NCBI RefSeq assembly: GCF_964194155.1
Contig: NC_135894.1
Coordinates: forward strand, 29,078,001 to 29,142,000
Direction of reading: 5' to 3'
Source: Cetorhinus maximus
Lineage: Eukaryota
Length of the DNA stretch: 64,000 nt
The stretch's first letter is position 1. Each line of letters opens with the position of its first letter. A program made the position numbers and the translations under genes. The notes beneath the pieces are model-generated. The model saw only the letters and a list, made by a program, of their open reading frames with translations. It was not told the origin of the DNA and did no database searches. Below, in pieces: positions 1 through 13,000 of the stretch.

Positions 1-493
1 AACATGTGGATGAGCTGATAATCAGAAAGTCAGTTAAAATATCATTCCTATTGAGCGATTAATACGTGTCAACAGGCGACCCGCCTCTGCCAAGGGGGTT
101 GCACACCTGGGGGAATTTTATACAGGCAATGGGCATCTTGGGTGCCAGCAGGAGAGCTGGCACAAGACCTGTGTTCCTCCTGTTAGGAAGGCCTGTTAAT
201 AATGGCCATTTGGGAGGCTGAGGAGTCACCAGCGGGCCTTTCCCTGGGATCGAGACCCCCCCACCCCCAGGGGATGGAAGTCCTGCCTGTGAAAACCTGC
301 TGGCCAATCAGTGGCCAGCAGCTCTTTTGTTCAGAAGCGCCACTGGGGTGGCTGCTGCCGGAATGACACCTGACATCCATCTGAGGCATAGGTCTTTGTT
401 GGATCCCCAGACTGAAGTGAGTGATGACTGGAGGAGTTTCAAGGGATGAGGGGTCGAAGGGAGTGGGGGTGGGTGGTCAGCAGCAAGAGCATT

Positions 494-884
494 AGAGAGA
501 GAGAATCTCCAGGAAAAACCCTCACCATGAAAGATGGTTCTAGGATTAAAAGTTGCCAAGCTGGGAAAGGAAGAATGGAAGTAAACTCTTAGGAGTGAAG
601 AATCTCTTTGCACTAGTTCCTGGAGAATAGATTGTCTACTTAAGGGACAATATAAAGTATGCCTGTGAAGTGAGATTTTTGGTTGTGTTATAAGTAAAAG
701 AGGAAAATTCTGTTCAGTAAAATATAAGTTGCCAACAAAAATAGTGTTTAGTCAACATTGCTCCTAGTTTGCTTGTTACAGTACAAGTCTTTAAATGTGA
801 AATCAAGTTGTATCATCCTTTCAGCTATTAAATAAAGATTGAGTTTCTTGTTAAAAATTATTGGCCTATACGGGGATCGTATCA
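494..884 (+). mobile_element. Partial LTR related to the LTR at 7435-8355
   Basis: 3' part (gtttagtcaacatt...tagtttgcttgttacagt...aagtcttt...ggcctatacggggatcgtatca) aligns by eye with the reverse complement of 7435-7580; AATAAA present; left boundary approximate. Confidence 0.6.
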
Positions 885-930
885 AAATCCATGTCAAAGA
901 TGAACTGATAGAAATAGTATTTATATTTAC

Positions 931-1015
931 CTGAGTGATCCTTATCAATCATTCCAAAAATGATCTCCAGGTCTGCCCGATGCCTGTACAAGGTTTCAAT
1001 CAAGTTTGGTTGAAC
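931..1015 (-). CDS. PPEF1: PPEF exon, EF-hand (85 nt)
   Basis: [28 protein letters not shown]; acceptor acacag, donor gtaaat. Confidence 0.94.
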
Positions 1016-4000
1016 CTGTGTATCAAAGTCACCAATTAGTAAGTACAATTAAACATCATTCTTTTGACTGTGCATTATTGGTATTGCCATTATAACATTA
1101 GTTAATGTAGAATAGTAAATGGTTAATAAGTCTTATGACACAGTGGATAATGTCCCTGCTTCTAAGCCAGAAGCCCTGGGTTCAAGTTCCACTCTAGAAC
1201 TCGATAGCCATAGAAGGTGTGTTCATAATGTGGCCAAACAAGTTGGTCATCAAGCTCTCGATCCTTCCAGTGTGCCTGCGGTAAGAGTGGGAGTCTCCTG
1301 GTCAGCCATGCTTGATATGGAGTGGCGTTCCTCAAGCTATCATTCCTGGCAACAAGCTTGTGACCTGTTCTAGGAAAAGCTAGCCATGGAAACAGGTGTG
1401 AGTGTGTGCTTTATCTGCCTCATCGATCACTAGGTGTGGGAAGAGGAAAGAAATGCTTAACAGTGAAACACTGCCTTAGAGGTCTTCCATTTACACAGTG
1501 ATGAACTCTCAGTGCTTTCAATCTGCACTCCATTATCACTGCTAATGTTTTCTAACCTTTATAAATTCACATGTCTCAATTGTATTCATGTGTTCTGGTC
1601 AATATCTATCCCTCAATCAACATATGAACTAGGAGCAGGAGTAGGCCACTTGGCCCCTCGAGCCTGCTCTGCCATTCAATAAGATCATGGCCGATCCGAT
1701 TATAACCTCAACTCCACATTCCTGCCTACCCCCGAAAACCTTTCACCCCCTTGTTAATCAAAAATCCATCTAGCTCTGCCTTAAAAATATTCAAAGTCTC
1801 TGCTTCCACCGCCTTTTGAGGAAGAGAATTCCAAAGACTCTCAGCCCTCTGAGAAAAAGCAATTCTCCGCATCTCCGTCTTAAGTGAGCGACCCCTATTT
1901 TTAAACAGTGATCTCTAGTTCTAGATTCTTCCACAAGAGGAAACATCCTTTCCACATCCACCCTGTCAAGATTCCTCAGGACCTTAAAGGTTTCAATCAA
2001 GTAATCACTAAAACAGATTATCTGGCCATTATCACATGGTTGTTTGTGGGAGCTTGCTGTGCACAAATTGGCTGCTGCATTTTTTACATTACAACAATGA
2101 CTACATTTCAAAAGGGGCTGTAAAGCACTATGGTGGTGAATGCTGCTATATAAATGCAAGTCTTTCTCTGTTTCTTTGCATTGGCTACTGTTAGCTGGTG
2201 GTCTATTTTGTTTTTTAAACTTACAGAAATATTTGATTTTATGTAAGGCCTGAAACAGAAACTATTAAAATTAAGGCTGTCTCCCTGTGGATGTTTTGTC
2301 CTTTTGATACTTACTGCTTCGAGAAATGGGGTTCAGACTTGTGTCTATGCTGACAGATGTGGCTAGCCTAACATGCTGAGAAACAGATTATGTATCACCC
2401 CCTTCTGATGTAAGCTCCATTTTAATCAGTCAATTAACAAAGCCACAGGGCTATGGGGAAAGAGCGGGAGAGTAGGGCTAATTGGATAGCTCTTTCAAAG
2501 AGCCAGCCACAGACACGATGGACCGAATGGTCTCCTTCTGTGCAGTAAGACTCCATGGTTCTATTCGAACAATGAGACATGTAAAGCACCCTCTGATCAA
2601 TTCTGATGCCTTGGGCTGTATTTTACATGCCCCTGCCTGGTCTATTTTGGGTGGGGGGAGCATGTAAAATAGGGCATGTGCCCACCTCACCACCTTCCTG
2701 CCCACCCCCGAGCTCACCCCAAAATCGGCAGCCTGCCAATCACATCCAAATAAGTAGCCAAAGGTCAGTTAGGCTTATTATCAACCCAATTGACCCTGAT
2801 AACTTGTTGCCCACACACCATAAAATGTTTGGCGTGAGCAGCCTGGCAGGAGCGGGCAACCCAATTTTTTTTAAAAGTTCTTCAAAGGGCAGGAAGGAAG
2901 GGGGATTCACTCTTGGGGGCTACCCTTTACCAACCGTAGGGTGGTCCTGCTAAGGTCAAACACCCCTACCTTCTTACCATAAACAGCCTTAAACCCCCCC
3001 ACCTCTGCCCAGCCCCCTCTCTGACCCGCCCAAACCCTCCATGCCCAAGACCCCGGACTTCCCCGGGAATCTATGGTCCTTCTTCTCCTGCAGTCCCCGG
3101 CAGAGGCTACTGACACCCTCCTGGCGCTGCTGGGACTGATGGAGCCGTTGGCCAACTGGATTGGCCGGCAGCTCCAGAGGGTGGGACTGCCTCCCCAGTG
3201 AGGGATGGAAGCCCCACCTAGCCCTTCTTTAGTCCTCCCTAAGGAAGCAGCGCATTATAGCTGTGAGGCAAGTCGGTGTGGAGCATGTCGGCTTTGCTTC
3301 TGAGGGGGTTGGGCAGGGGTGAGCCATCTGCCACAACCCCCCCACTCCATACTATTCAGCCCCTTGTGCCATATGTCCCTGGTTCCCAGCTCCTCAAAAC
3401 CATCAGCATCCCTGAGAGAGGAAAATTAAATGGTAAAAACCCAGGCCACCTAGGGTGGAGAAGTCTGAAAAATTCCCCTGCCACCCAGCTAACCCAGGAG
3501 TTCTGGCAGTACCTACCATTTGTAAAGAGTGATGTCTGCCCTATAGTTACAGGATTAGAAGGGCTTGGTTTTGAAATAACTTTGGGTTTAAGTTCTGATT
3601 CAGTCTGATGTGCAGGTACACTGCCAATAAGCAAGAGCTTTCTGGGACTCTGAACCAACACTAGTTATACATGATTTCATCCTTGTTCAGACATATGTTG
3701 AAATCACTGTGAATGATAACAAATCTTAGGCTAGGGCCCTAGAGCACAATTTCCATAACACTCACCAAGATTAAAAAGAATAGAGCAGTTGTTCAGGGTA
3801 AATTACAATATTTATTTATGTGGTGTGCAAGGTGGAGATTTATTTTGATTATTGCAGTCAGATTTCTATAAGGCTATTGGGAATTTTTTTACCTCTTTCA
3901 TTGGCTGCTCAATCTGAAGATCTTCAAAGCTCGAGAGGTATTCCACACTACCTTCGGCAGTGACCCGTACCAGTCTAGAGCGTAGGGTCCTCCAGGGGAG

Positions 4001-7000
4001 GTGTAAATGTAGCACCGATTCCACAGCCAAAGCCCACTGACTAGTCGAAATCTTTCCTGCAAAATCACATAGGAAGAAAATAAGTCCTAGATTGTCTTTA
4101 AAGTCATATTTTATTGTTACTTTGTAGCCTTTCACGTGTTTGACCACACCATCCACTATTCAACATCTCCCCTCCGTTGTCCAGTTGGGTGGGACTGCAG
4201 TTGCCTAGTTCCATTTCTATCTCTCCGATATTAGCAAGAGGATCACCATCAATGGTTTCTCTTCCTGATCCACAACGTTACCTCTGGTGTCTCCCTATCC
4301 TTGGCCCCCTCCCATTTCTCGTCTACAAGCTCAACAACATCATCTGAAGACATATCAGTTTCCACATGTACATTGATAACACTTAACTTCCTGACCACCA
4401 CCTCTTTCAATCCTTCCCCATCTCTGATTGGTCATGCTGCTTTTCTGACATTCAGCACTGGATGTGCAGAAATTGCTTCAAATTGGGAAGACCAAAGTCA
4501 TTGTTTCTGGTCCCCACTCCAAACTCCATTCTTCTGCTACTGACTCCATCCTTCTCCCTGATGAACATTTGAAGCTGAACCAGGCTGTTTGCAACCTTGG
4601 TGCTCTATTTTACCTTGAGCTAAGTTTCCAATTGTATATCTACCTCACCATGATTGCCTACTTCTGCCCCTGCGCTATTGCCTGTCTCTGTCCTTGCCTC
4701 AGCTTATTTGCTGATGTAACTCTTAACTCTGCCTTTGTTACATTCAGCTTTGACTATTCCAAAGTTCTCCTGGCTGGCTTCCCATCTTCCACCTTCCATA
4801 AGCTTGAGCTCATCTAAAACTCTAGAACAACATCAGGGTGTTGACCTTTTAACACAGTCTTTGAACCAGCCTGTTCAGGCTTTAACTCATGACTTCCATT
4901 TTCTTCCATGTCTGCATGTTTTTAATGTCTGTGAAGAAAGCACCCACCAGCCAAACATCTGAATTGCCATTATCCTGTTTAAATTCAGGATCATGTTTAT
5001 CTTTAAGCATGCTTTCATGATTTAAACCTTCAGTGTTCTTTTCCAGGAGTTGCAAGTTTACTCTACCCCCTTTTGTGCAACAAGTTCATTCTTGTTTAGT
5101 AAAATCTTCTTTAGCTGCTCTAAGAATTTCGTTAAGGTTATGTCAATGATCAGCCAAAAATCTTGATACTCCTTCTTAGTCAATTCACAAGTTCTTTTAA
5201 ATTCTTTTTGATTTTCATGTATCCATTCAGTATGATCTTTGTCTAGTTCTTTTCTAGCAAGAGTGATGACTTAGTCATTCTGAAGTTTTAATTTACATTC
5301 AAGCACACATATCCTTCCTCACAGCTCTATGGTATCACTATTGTTCCTAGCTGGGCCATTCTGCTTCAAAGCAGTTTTTTCCTTTGTTTCATCATTATCT
5401 TTGAGTACTGTTGTTATCTGCTCACTGACGCCTTGTTCATGCTTTGCCTGAATGTTTAATTCAGATAACTTCACCACATCTCCAACAGCCGCTATATCAG
5501 TCTGATGCTTCAACATCCTTTTAACATTAGCAGCTTTGGAAAAATCTTTCGATGGAACATTGATTTCCACAGCAGTGATAAGGAAGTCATTGATTTTTGT
5601 GTGTCACTGAATTTCTCTTGTACATTTTCAGTTTTAACAAATTCACTTTTCTGAAACCACTGTAGATGGCAAGACCTATCCCCAATCAAGTCATTTCCTA
5701 ATAGAAAATCAACATCTTTCATAAGGTAAATTAGGCACAATCCCCACACAATAGAATAGGTAACTAAATCATACTTTAAGTTAATGTTACATAACAGAAC
5801 AAGTAAACAATTTCCATCAATACCCCATATATCATGCTATATTTAGCAAACATTCTGCATCAATGTCTGGGCTGACCTTGTATCTCTAAAAATAATGACC
5901 AAATTGCCCATTTTACTGGACAAAAATAGGGTCATTTCACCTTTAAACAGTGAACTTCCTTAAGGTTCTATGCTCCGATCTACTCCAAAAGTAAATACAT
6001 TCGAAGCTATTAATTTGTCATATGCTTCACCCATTGGTATAATCTGAAAAAACACTTTGCAATCCTATAAAAGCTACAGATTTATTTTTTAATTTCCAAC
6101 AGTCCTCTTTTATTTATCCTCTCATGACCAAAATAATAGGTTGATCCCTTGAAGCATAGTTATCTCAAAACATTTTTTATTAGTCTGAGGGGTATCTGTA
6201 TTTTCATTTTTGCCATATTCCTCACTATAACCAGAGTTCCATTCACTATCAAACCTCTAATCTCTCCAGTTTCTGTGGAAGTTCAAAACAATGGTCTGAT
6301 ACGAACATGCTTATAAGACGATTTGTAATCATCAACCATTATTGCAGCTTCCCTTATCTTATAAATTTTACGGTCAACCAGGTGGGACCTTATTCCCAAA
6401 GGGAAACTATTTTTAAATTCCTCCATTAGCGTTACTTGTCTAAGATGTTCAAAATCTTGTTCAATCTTCATGGACCTTCATACACCACCTATCAAATGCC
6501 ATGGCCTTTTCTATAGCAAATTCCACAAAAGTCTGATTTTGTTTCATTCTTAAATAGCTAAACTTCTGCCTGTAAGCCACCAGCACTAACTCATAGACAT
6601 TGAGAACAGCTGCCTTCACTCTATCATAGTCATCAGACTATTTGTCTGAATGGTGTGATAACACTTCTAAAGCCTTCCCCACAAACATGCTCTGAAATAA
6701 AGCCATCCAAATTACTTTCGGCCATTGCAGTTTCACAGCATTTTTTTCAAATGACACAAACTATGGTTCAATTCCTTCCTCATTGAATTGGGGTGCGGAG
6801 TGAATATTCCTTGCCAAGTCAAAACCAAGAGTTAAATCAGAGTCATTGCCAATTTTTTCTGCACCCACTGTTCACGTAACCAAAGCCTTTGTCGAGTTCA
6901 AATTTCCTTCCTACTTTGTCTTATTCTAGTTTCTCTTTTTGTCTCTTTCTTCCCCATTGAAACTCAAGGTTTTTCTGCTCTGGAACTCCAAATCAAGTTT

Positions 7001-10000
7001 TCACATTTCTTTTATTCCCCTTTCCCTTTGCAGTTCAAGTTTTCTTTTCATTTCTGAGTCCAATTCAAAACATTTTATTTGTAATTGAATTTTAGCTAAC
7101 TCAATTTGAGTGCTATCAGGATTAACCTTTTTCTCCTCAAAGTTCAAATGTTGAGCCAATAATACTTCAGATATCTCTGCCTTTTCAGCCCTTACTTTCG
7201 TCAAATCTACAATTTTATCTCCTCTGCAACTGCCTTCAAATTAACCTTTGTTAACTGTTACAAGGCATTCACAAATCTCTCTCCCCAGAAATGTCTTAGC
7301 ATTGAACATAGCCATGTTATTTTTCTATATTCAGTGAAAAGGTAACTGTGAGATCTCATTTGTTTGAATTCTTGAAACTTCCAGTGTACATTTTTTACGG
7401 CCTCTGGATTCATATCCTGGATGAGCCCCCAATTTGTTCCAATCCCTGTAGAGGCTGATAGCTTTTAAAAAGAGATATGAATTTTCCCTTGACTGATGCA
7501 AAGGAATCACGTGACAAGATTTCATGTTTTAAGACTTCCACTGTAAACAAACAAACTAAAACTAACATTGACTAAACATTAAGATGAAAGCAAAATACTG
7601 CGGATGCTGGAAATCCGAAACAAAACAGAAAATGCTGGAAAAGCTCAGCAGGTCCGACAGCATCCATGGAGAGAGAAACAGAGTTAGCGCTTCAAGTCTG
7701 TATGACCCTTCTTCAGAACCAATATGCCCTAATAACTTCTTAACACAACTGAAAATTCCACGCCGCATTTATACATTGCAACGCACTCTCAGTAGAAATG
7801 CTGTCTCCAAGCTCCTCCTGGCTTTAACAGGGTCTCTTCTCCCTGCCCCACCAGAGTGAATCTCCCAGTGACCTTTTAAATAAATTCCCCTTCACTCAAC
7901 CTTTTGAAGAGAATCAACTGGACTTCCAGTAGCAAGGCACTTCTGACAAACCGGTGGCCTTTAAATCTTCACAAGCTTAATTTCTTTGAACAGGAGTTCC
8001 ATCCTCACCAGCATTCTGCTTGGTGGTCAACCCAAACAGTCTTTTTTCCCTCTCCCTGGCATAGCAGCACCTATTGTGGCTCTTCTTTCCCAAATCTCTC
8101 TGTCTGACTGACTCTGAGAGTCTGTTGGTCTATGCATTGCCTCCTTCTTTGTGTCCCAGTTATTAAAACCTGCACCTCACTTTCAATAAGTTTCGATTGA
8201 GTTTCTGTCTCCATAACAAGCAGATCACATGGGCTCATCTCCGCGCAGATTTCACAGGATGTCACATCCCCCTCTCCAAACTACCCCATTCTACCTTGAA
8301 TTAAAGGATACAGTTGAATACATAATCATCTTGTTAAAGTCCTGCGTCCTTAACACAACTCTTCAGTACTACTGCTAGGAAGTTGTCAGGGATGTCACAG
8401 TATCCAGTGCCTTCAGCCATTTCTTGATATCACAGAGTGAATGAAATTGGCTGAAGACTGGCATCTGTGATGCTGGGGAACTCCGGAGGAGACCGAAATG
8501 GATCACCCACTCGGTACCTCTGGCTGAAGGTGATTGCAAATGCTTTGAAAATCATTAATTAGCTGAGAAGTTTGTTGGGGCTTCTTATGGCTCTTTTTAC
8601 AGAGGGGAGAAGGTTCTGGGGTAGGCTCATTATGATGGATAAAGTATCAAATGGCATAGATAAGGTGAACACAGAAAATTAGTTCAAAGCCAGTAGGATG
8701 AGACAATTACATTTAAATTAGTGAAAAGTACATTTTGAAACATACGTTAGGTAAACATCCTTGACCAAAGGTTGATAAATGTTTGGAATAATCCAGCAGG
8801 TAGAGCAGTAGAATTTAAGGGTTTAATGGAGCTGGTTGCTTTATGTAAAAATCAGGAAATTATTAAATTAGTAAAATATTAAAAAGGTATGTGACAATGT
8901 ACATCTCCCACAATAGCATCTAATCAAATTATATAATGACACCTCAAATATGTAAGGGGTAATACATTTTCAGAGTATATGCAAAGGTTTACTTTCATTA
9001 AATGTATATGTAAATGTACACTTCACAGAAACCAATAGAAAAGTACACAATGGCCTCTTTTCTTTCTGAGTTCTTTACCTGTGTGATCTTTATCATGTTG
9101 TTTGAAGGCATCAATAACTTCAGATTTGTGTGCATAAAACTTTTCACGCAAGGACTTCAGGGCCGAAGCTTCAACCACACTCACTCTTGACATGAAAAAG
9201 AACAGAATTAATGTGTAAAGAAACCAACTGTTTAGAAAGTAAGAAAAAATGAATAGTAAGATTGCACTGCAAGATCCCACACATCTTAAGTTTGTAATAG
9301 ACTGTGACAATTCAAATGACTGAAAGTAAATTTCAAATTTAACCAAGTTGCTCACAGCTGGATACATCTGTTCAAGGATAATATTCCAAGTGAGACCAAA
9401 GCCTTTACAATAGGGACACCAGCCTGTTATTCTGCAAGCTTGGGAAAGGCATTTCTAAGAAAGCTTTCCAAGTGGCAGAGGAACATGCCAGGCAGGACCC
9501 GAGAAAGATTAGAGAGAGGTCAGGGTCTTAAGCACCATCACAGGGGTAAGATTGAAGGATGCTTCTGAGGAAATGGAGAAGTATCCAGGCAAAATGGTTT
9601 GACAGGAAACGGGCCTGCAAAGTTGAGAAAATTCCCGGCTTCAGCTTCCTGCCTTGAAAGTGAAAATCCAGCCCTGTGATTCTATGTTAGCTCCAAGCTC
9701 ACCCAGCTAGTTAACTTGTCAAAAGCGTAGTGCCCATTATTTCAATACTTCAGCCATTTACACTTTAACAATCCACCTTCCATCCACGGGTATCCATCAA
9801 GAGAACTGCAACTGAACTCAGTCTGGATTCTCTGGGTTATCAGATGGACCCCTCTCTACCTACTGGTTAGAGAGGAGGAGGAGTGCCTCTTTCAGATAGT
9901 GCATTCCAGATCCTAACCACTCGATTGAACCTGCCTCCACCACACTCTCAGACAGTGCATTCCAGGTCCTAACCACTCAATTAACCCTGTCTCCACCACA

Positions 10001-13000
10001 CTCTCAGGCAGTGCATTCCAGGTCCTAACCATTCGATTGACCCTGTCTCCACCACACTCTCAGGCAGTGCATTCCAGATCCTAACCACTCAATTAACCCT
10101 GTCTCCACCACACTCTCAGACAGTGCATTCCAGATCCTAACCACTCGATTGACCCTGTCTCCACCACATTCTCAGGCAGTGCATTCCAGGTCCTAACCAC
10201 TCAATGTGTGTAAAGGTTTCCCCTCAAGTCACCTTTGGATCTTTTACCAATTACCTTCAATCTGTATCCTCTGGTTCTCGATCCTTCTGCCAATGGGAAC
10301 AGTTTCCCCCTATCTACTCTGTCCAGACCACTCACGATTTTGAATACTGCTGTCAAATCTCCTCTCAACCTTCTCTTCTCCCAGGAGAACAGTCCCAGCT
10401 TTGTCAACCTTTCAACATAACAGAAGTTCCTCATCCCTGGAACCATCCTCGTGGATCCTTTCTGCATGCCCTCTAACGCCTTCTCATCTTTCCTAAAGTG
10501 TGGCGTCCAGAGCTGAACGCAAAACTCCAGCTGAAGGCAAACCAGAGTTCTACAGAAATTTAACATAATCTTTAGCTCTTGTACTCCATGTCCCTATTGA
10601 TTAAATCCTGGATACTGTAGGCTTTATTAAGCACTTTCTCAACCTCTCTGCCACCTTCAACAATTTGTGCACATTTACCCCCATTATCTGAAGGGGGCGT
10701 GGAGGGGGGCATGGACAGGGCGGAGGGCCTCCTCATTAGGCTGCTCCTTGTCCTGGCCAAAGTGGCCATTAACAAGTCCAGACAGCAGACGTTTGAGGGG
10801 GCTGTTCGCTGTCTGCCTCCCTTCCATGGTTATGTCCATGCCCGGGTGTCCCTGGAGAGGGAGCAAGTGGTGTCCGCTGTATGCTTGAGATGTCTGCTGC
10901 GATCGGTGAGCACCACAGGGGCTGGAGTGCATCATCAGCCCTACAAATGTCATTTTAATTTGATAAGTTTCCAGTACAGTTTTAGCCAAAGTACCTCTTT
11001 AAAGGAGTTGAACATGAGTTAATGTTTTTATTTGTTTACTGTTTATTCAAAAATGGTGTATAGTCCCAGATGTCTCTGTTTCTGCACCCGCTTTAGAACT
11101 GTAACCAAAATAAATCACTTCACACTTCTCTGCATTAAATTTCATCTGCAACGTGTCTGTCCATTCCACCAACTTCCTCTTGAAGTCTTTTCTGGTACAG
11201 GCAAGATGGGCCAAGCGGCCCCTTTCTGTGCTGGAAACTTTCTATGATTCTATCATTATCCTCCTCACAGTTCACAGTACACCTGAGGTTTGTGTCCTCA
11301 GCAAATGTTGAAATTGTGCCCTTACACCAGGGTCTAAGGTCATTAATATAGATCTAGAAAAACAAGGATTCGAACACTGATCCCCTGGGAAACCAACTAT
11401 AAACCTTCCTCCAGTCTGAAAACCAACCATTCACCACTACTCTCTGTTTTCTGCCACTCAGCCAATTTTGTATCCATGTTGCTTCTGTCGCTTTTATTCC
11501 AAGGGCTTCAACTTTACTGACAAGCCTGTTGTGTGACAGTGTATCAAACAGCTTTTGGAAGTCAGTTGGAACTGGAAAACAGTTTTGGAACACCACATGA
11601 GCTGCATTACCCTCATCCCTCCTTTCTGGTAGCTGATCAAAAAACAGTGAACAATCTGACACGACCTAGCAAGGTGAGTGAGTTCAATTTTTAGATGATC
11701 TATCCTACCGACTTCACTGTCTACCTTAGCCACTGCTCAATACACGACACATCCCAATTTAGCTCCCTACATTTCAGATTAATAATCTTCTATCAGAGTT
11801 CTGACAACATTGGCCTGAAATATTAACTCTGTTTCTCAACCCACAGATGTCCCCTGACCAGTTGCGTACTTCCAGGGAATAATGAGTCTGTTTTTGGACC
11901 GTACTCACCTCTGCTGAAGAGTCAGCTTCCTAGTACATTTACTAATTCGATACTGAACAAAGCGAGGCACTAGGTCAGGACCAAGTTTGACATAAGCCCC
12001 TCGATTACTGCCCTCCTCATAATAATTTGAGGCAGAGAAAATGGTGATAACCTGCAAGAACATAATAAGAAAAATGTTTCATTCAGCTCCCTGCAATTTT
12101 AGTCACGGGTTAGCACACTGGCAATGTAATAAAGGTTGCTTTGCAAGCCAGGGAGAGGATGTAAGATCATTATTTTACCTTTCCATTATGGCACAGTTCA
12201 TATCCCTCCTGTTTACATTCATGTGATCTTATCAGCAGCTTTAAATTGTATTTCTTCAGCATCCACTCCGTCACATCTTGACCAAAATAACAGCCCCCCC
12301 CTCGGAAGCTGTTTGGGACACAGCCAGTTAGATTTCGAGGGTCACTCCACAGAATGTCCACAATCTAGAAAAAGATAACTGACCAAATAAATGCTCATTC
12401 CCACAGTTCTAATGATAACAAATCAGAAAATACCTGTGTCAACAACCATTGTATTCACTACTGATCTTCCAGTTTATAACCATGATAGACCAAGAAGCAC
12501 AAAACGTTTAGTTTGGAGATAAGATTATTTTAGTACATTTGTGTTATTGGTTAACATAATCTGACTGATGCAAAAATAAAAACAGCTGTGCCTCTCCCCT
12601 TCTGTAAGCACTTGCTTCTCTCCCATTCTGTAATTCTCTCTGTCTCTCTCAATATTTTGATTTAGTGTTGGTATTATTATTCATCATCTATACCCTACTG
12701 CCCAAATACCAATGTCCTAGACTCCTCCATCACCATTCCTGGGTATGTCCTGTTCAGCCAACAGGGCAGAGGTGGCAGCAGAGATATTCAGTCGGAAGGG
12801 AGTTGCCCTGGGAGTTCTTAACATTGAATCTGAATCCCATGACGTCTCACAGCATCAGGTCAAACATGGGCAAGGAAACCTCCTGCTGATTATCATGTAC
12901 CGCCCTCCCTCAGCTGGTGAATCAGTGCTCCTCCATGTTGAACACCACTTGGAGGAAGGACTGCGCAAGGGCGCAGAATGTACTCTGGGTGGGGGACTTC

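Noticed and set aside
1140-1200. tRNA gene
   Set aside because: Only a SINE-like head with a B-box; no full cloverleaf
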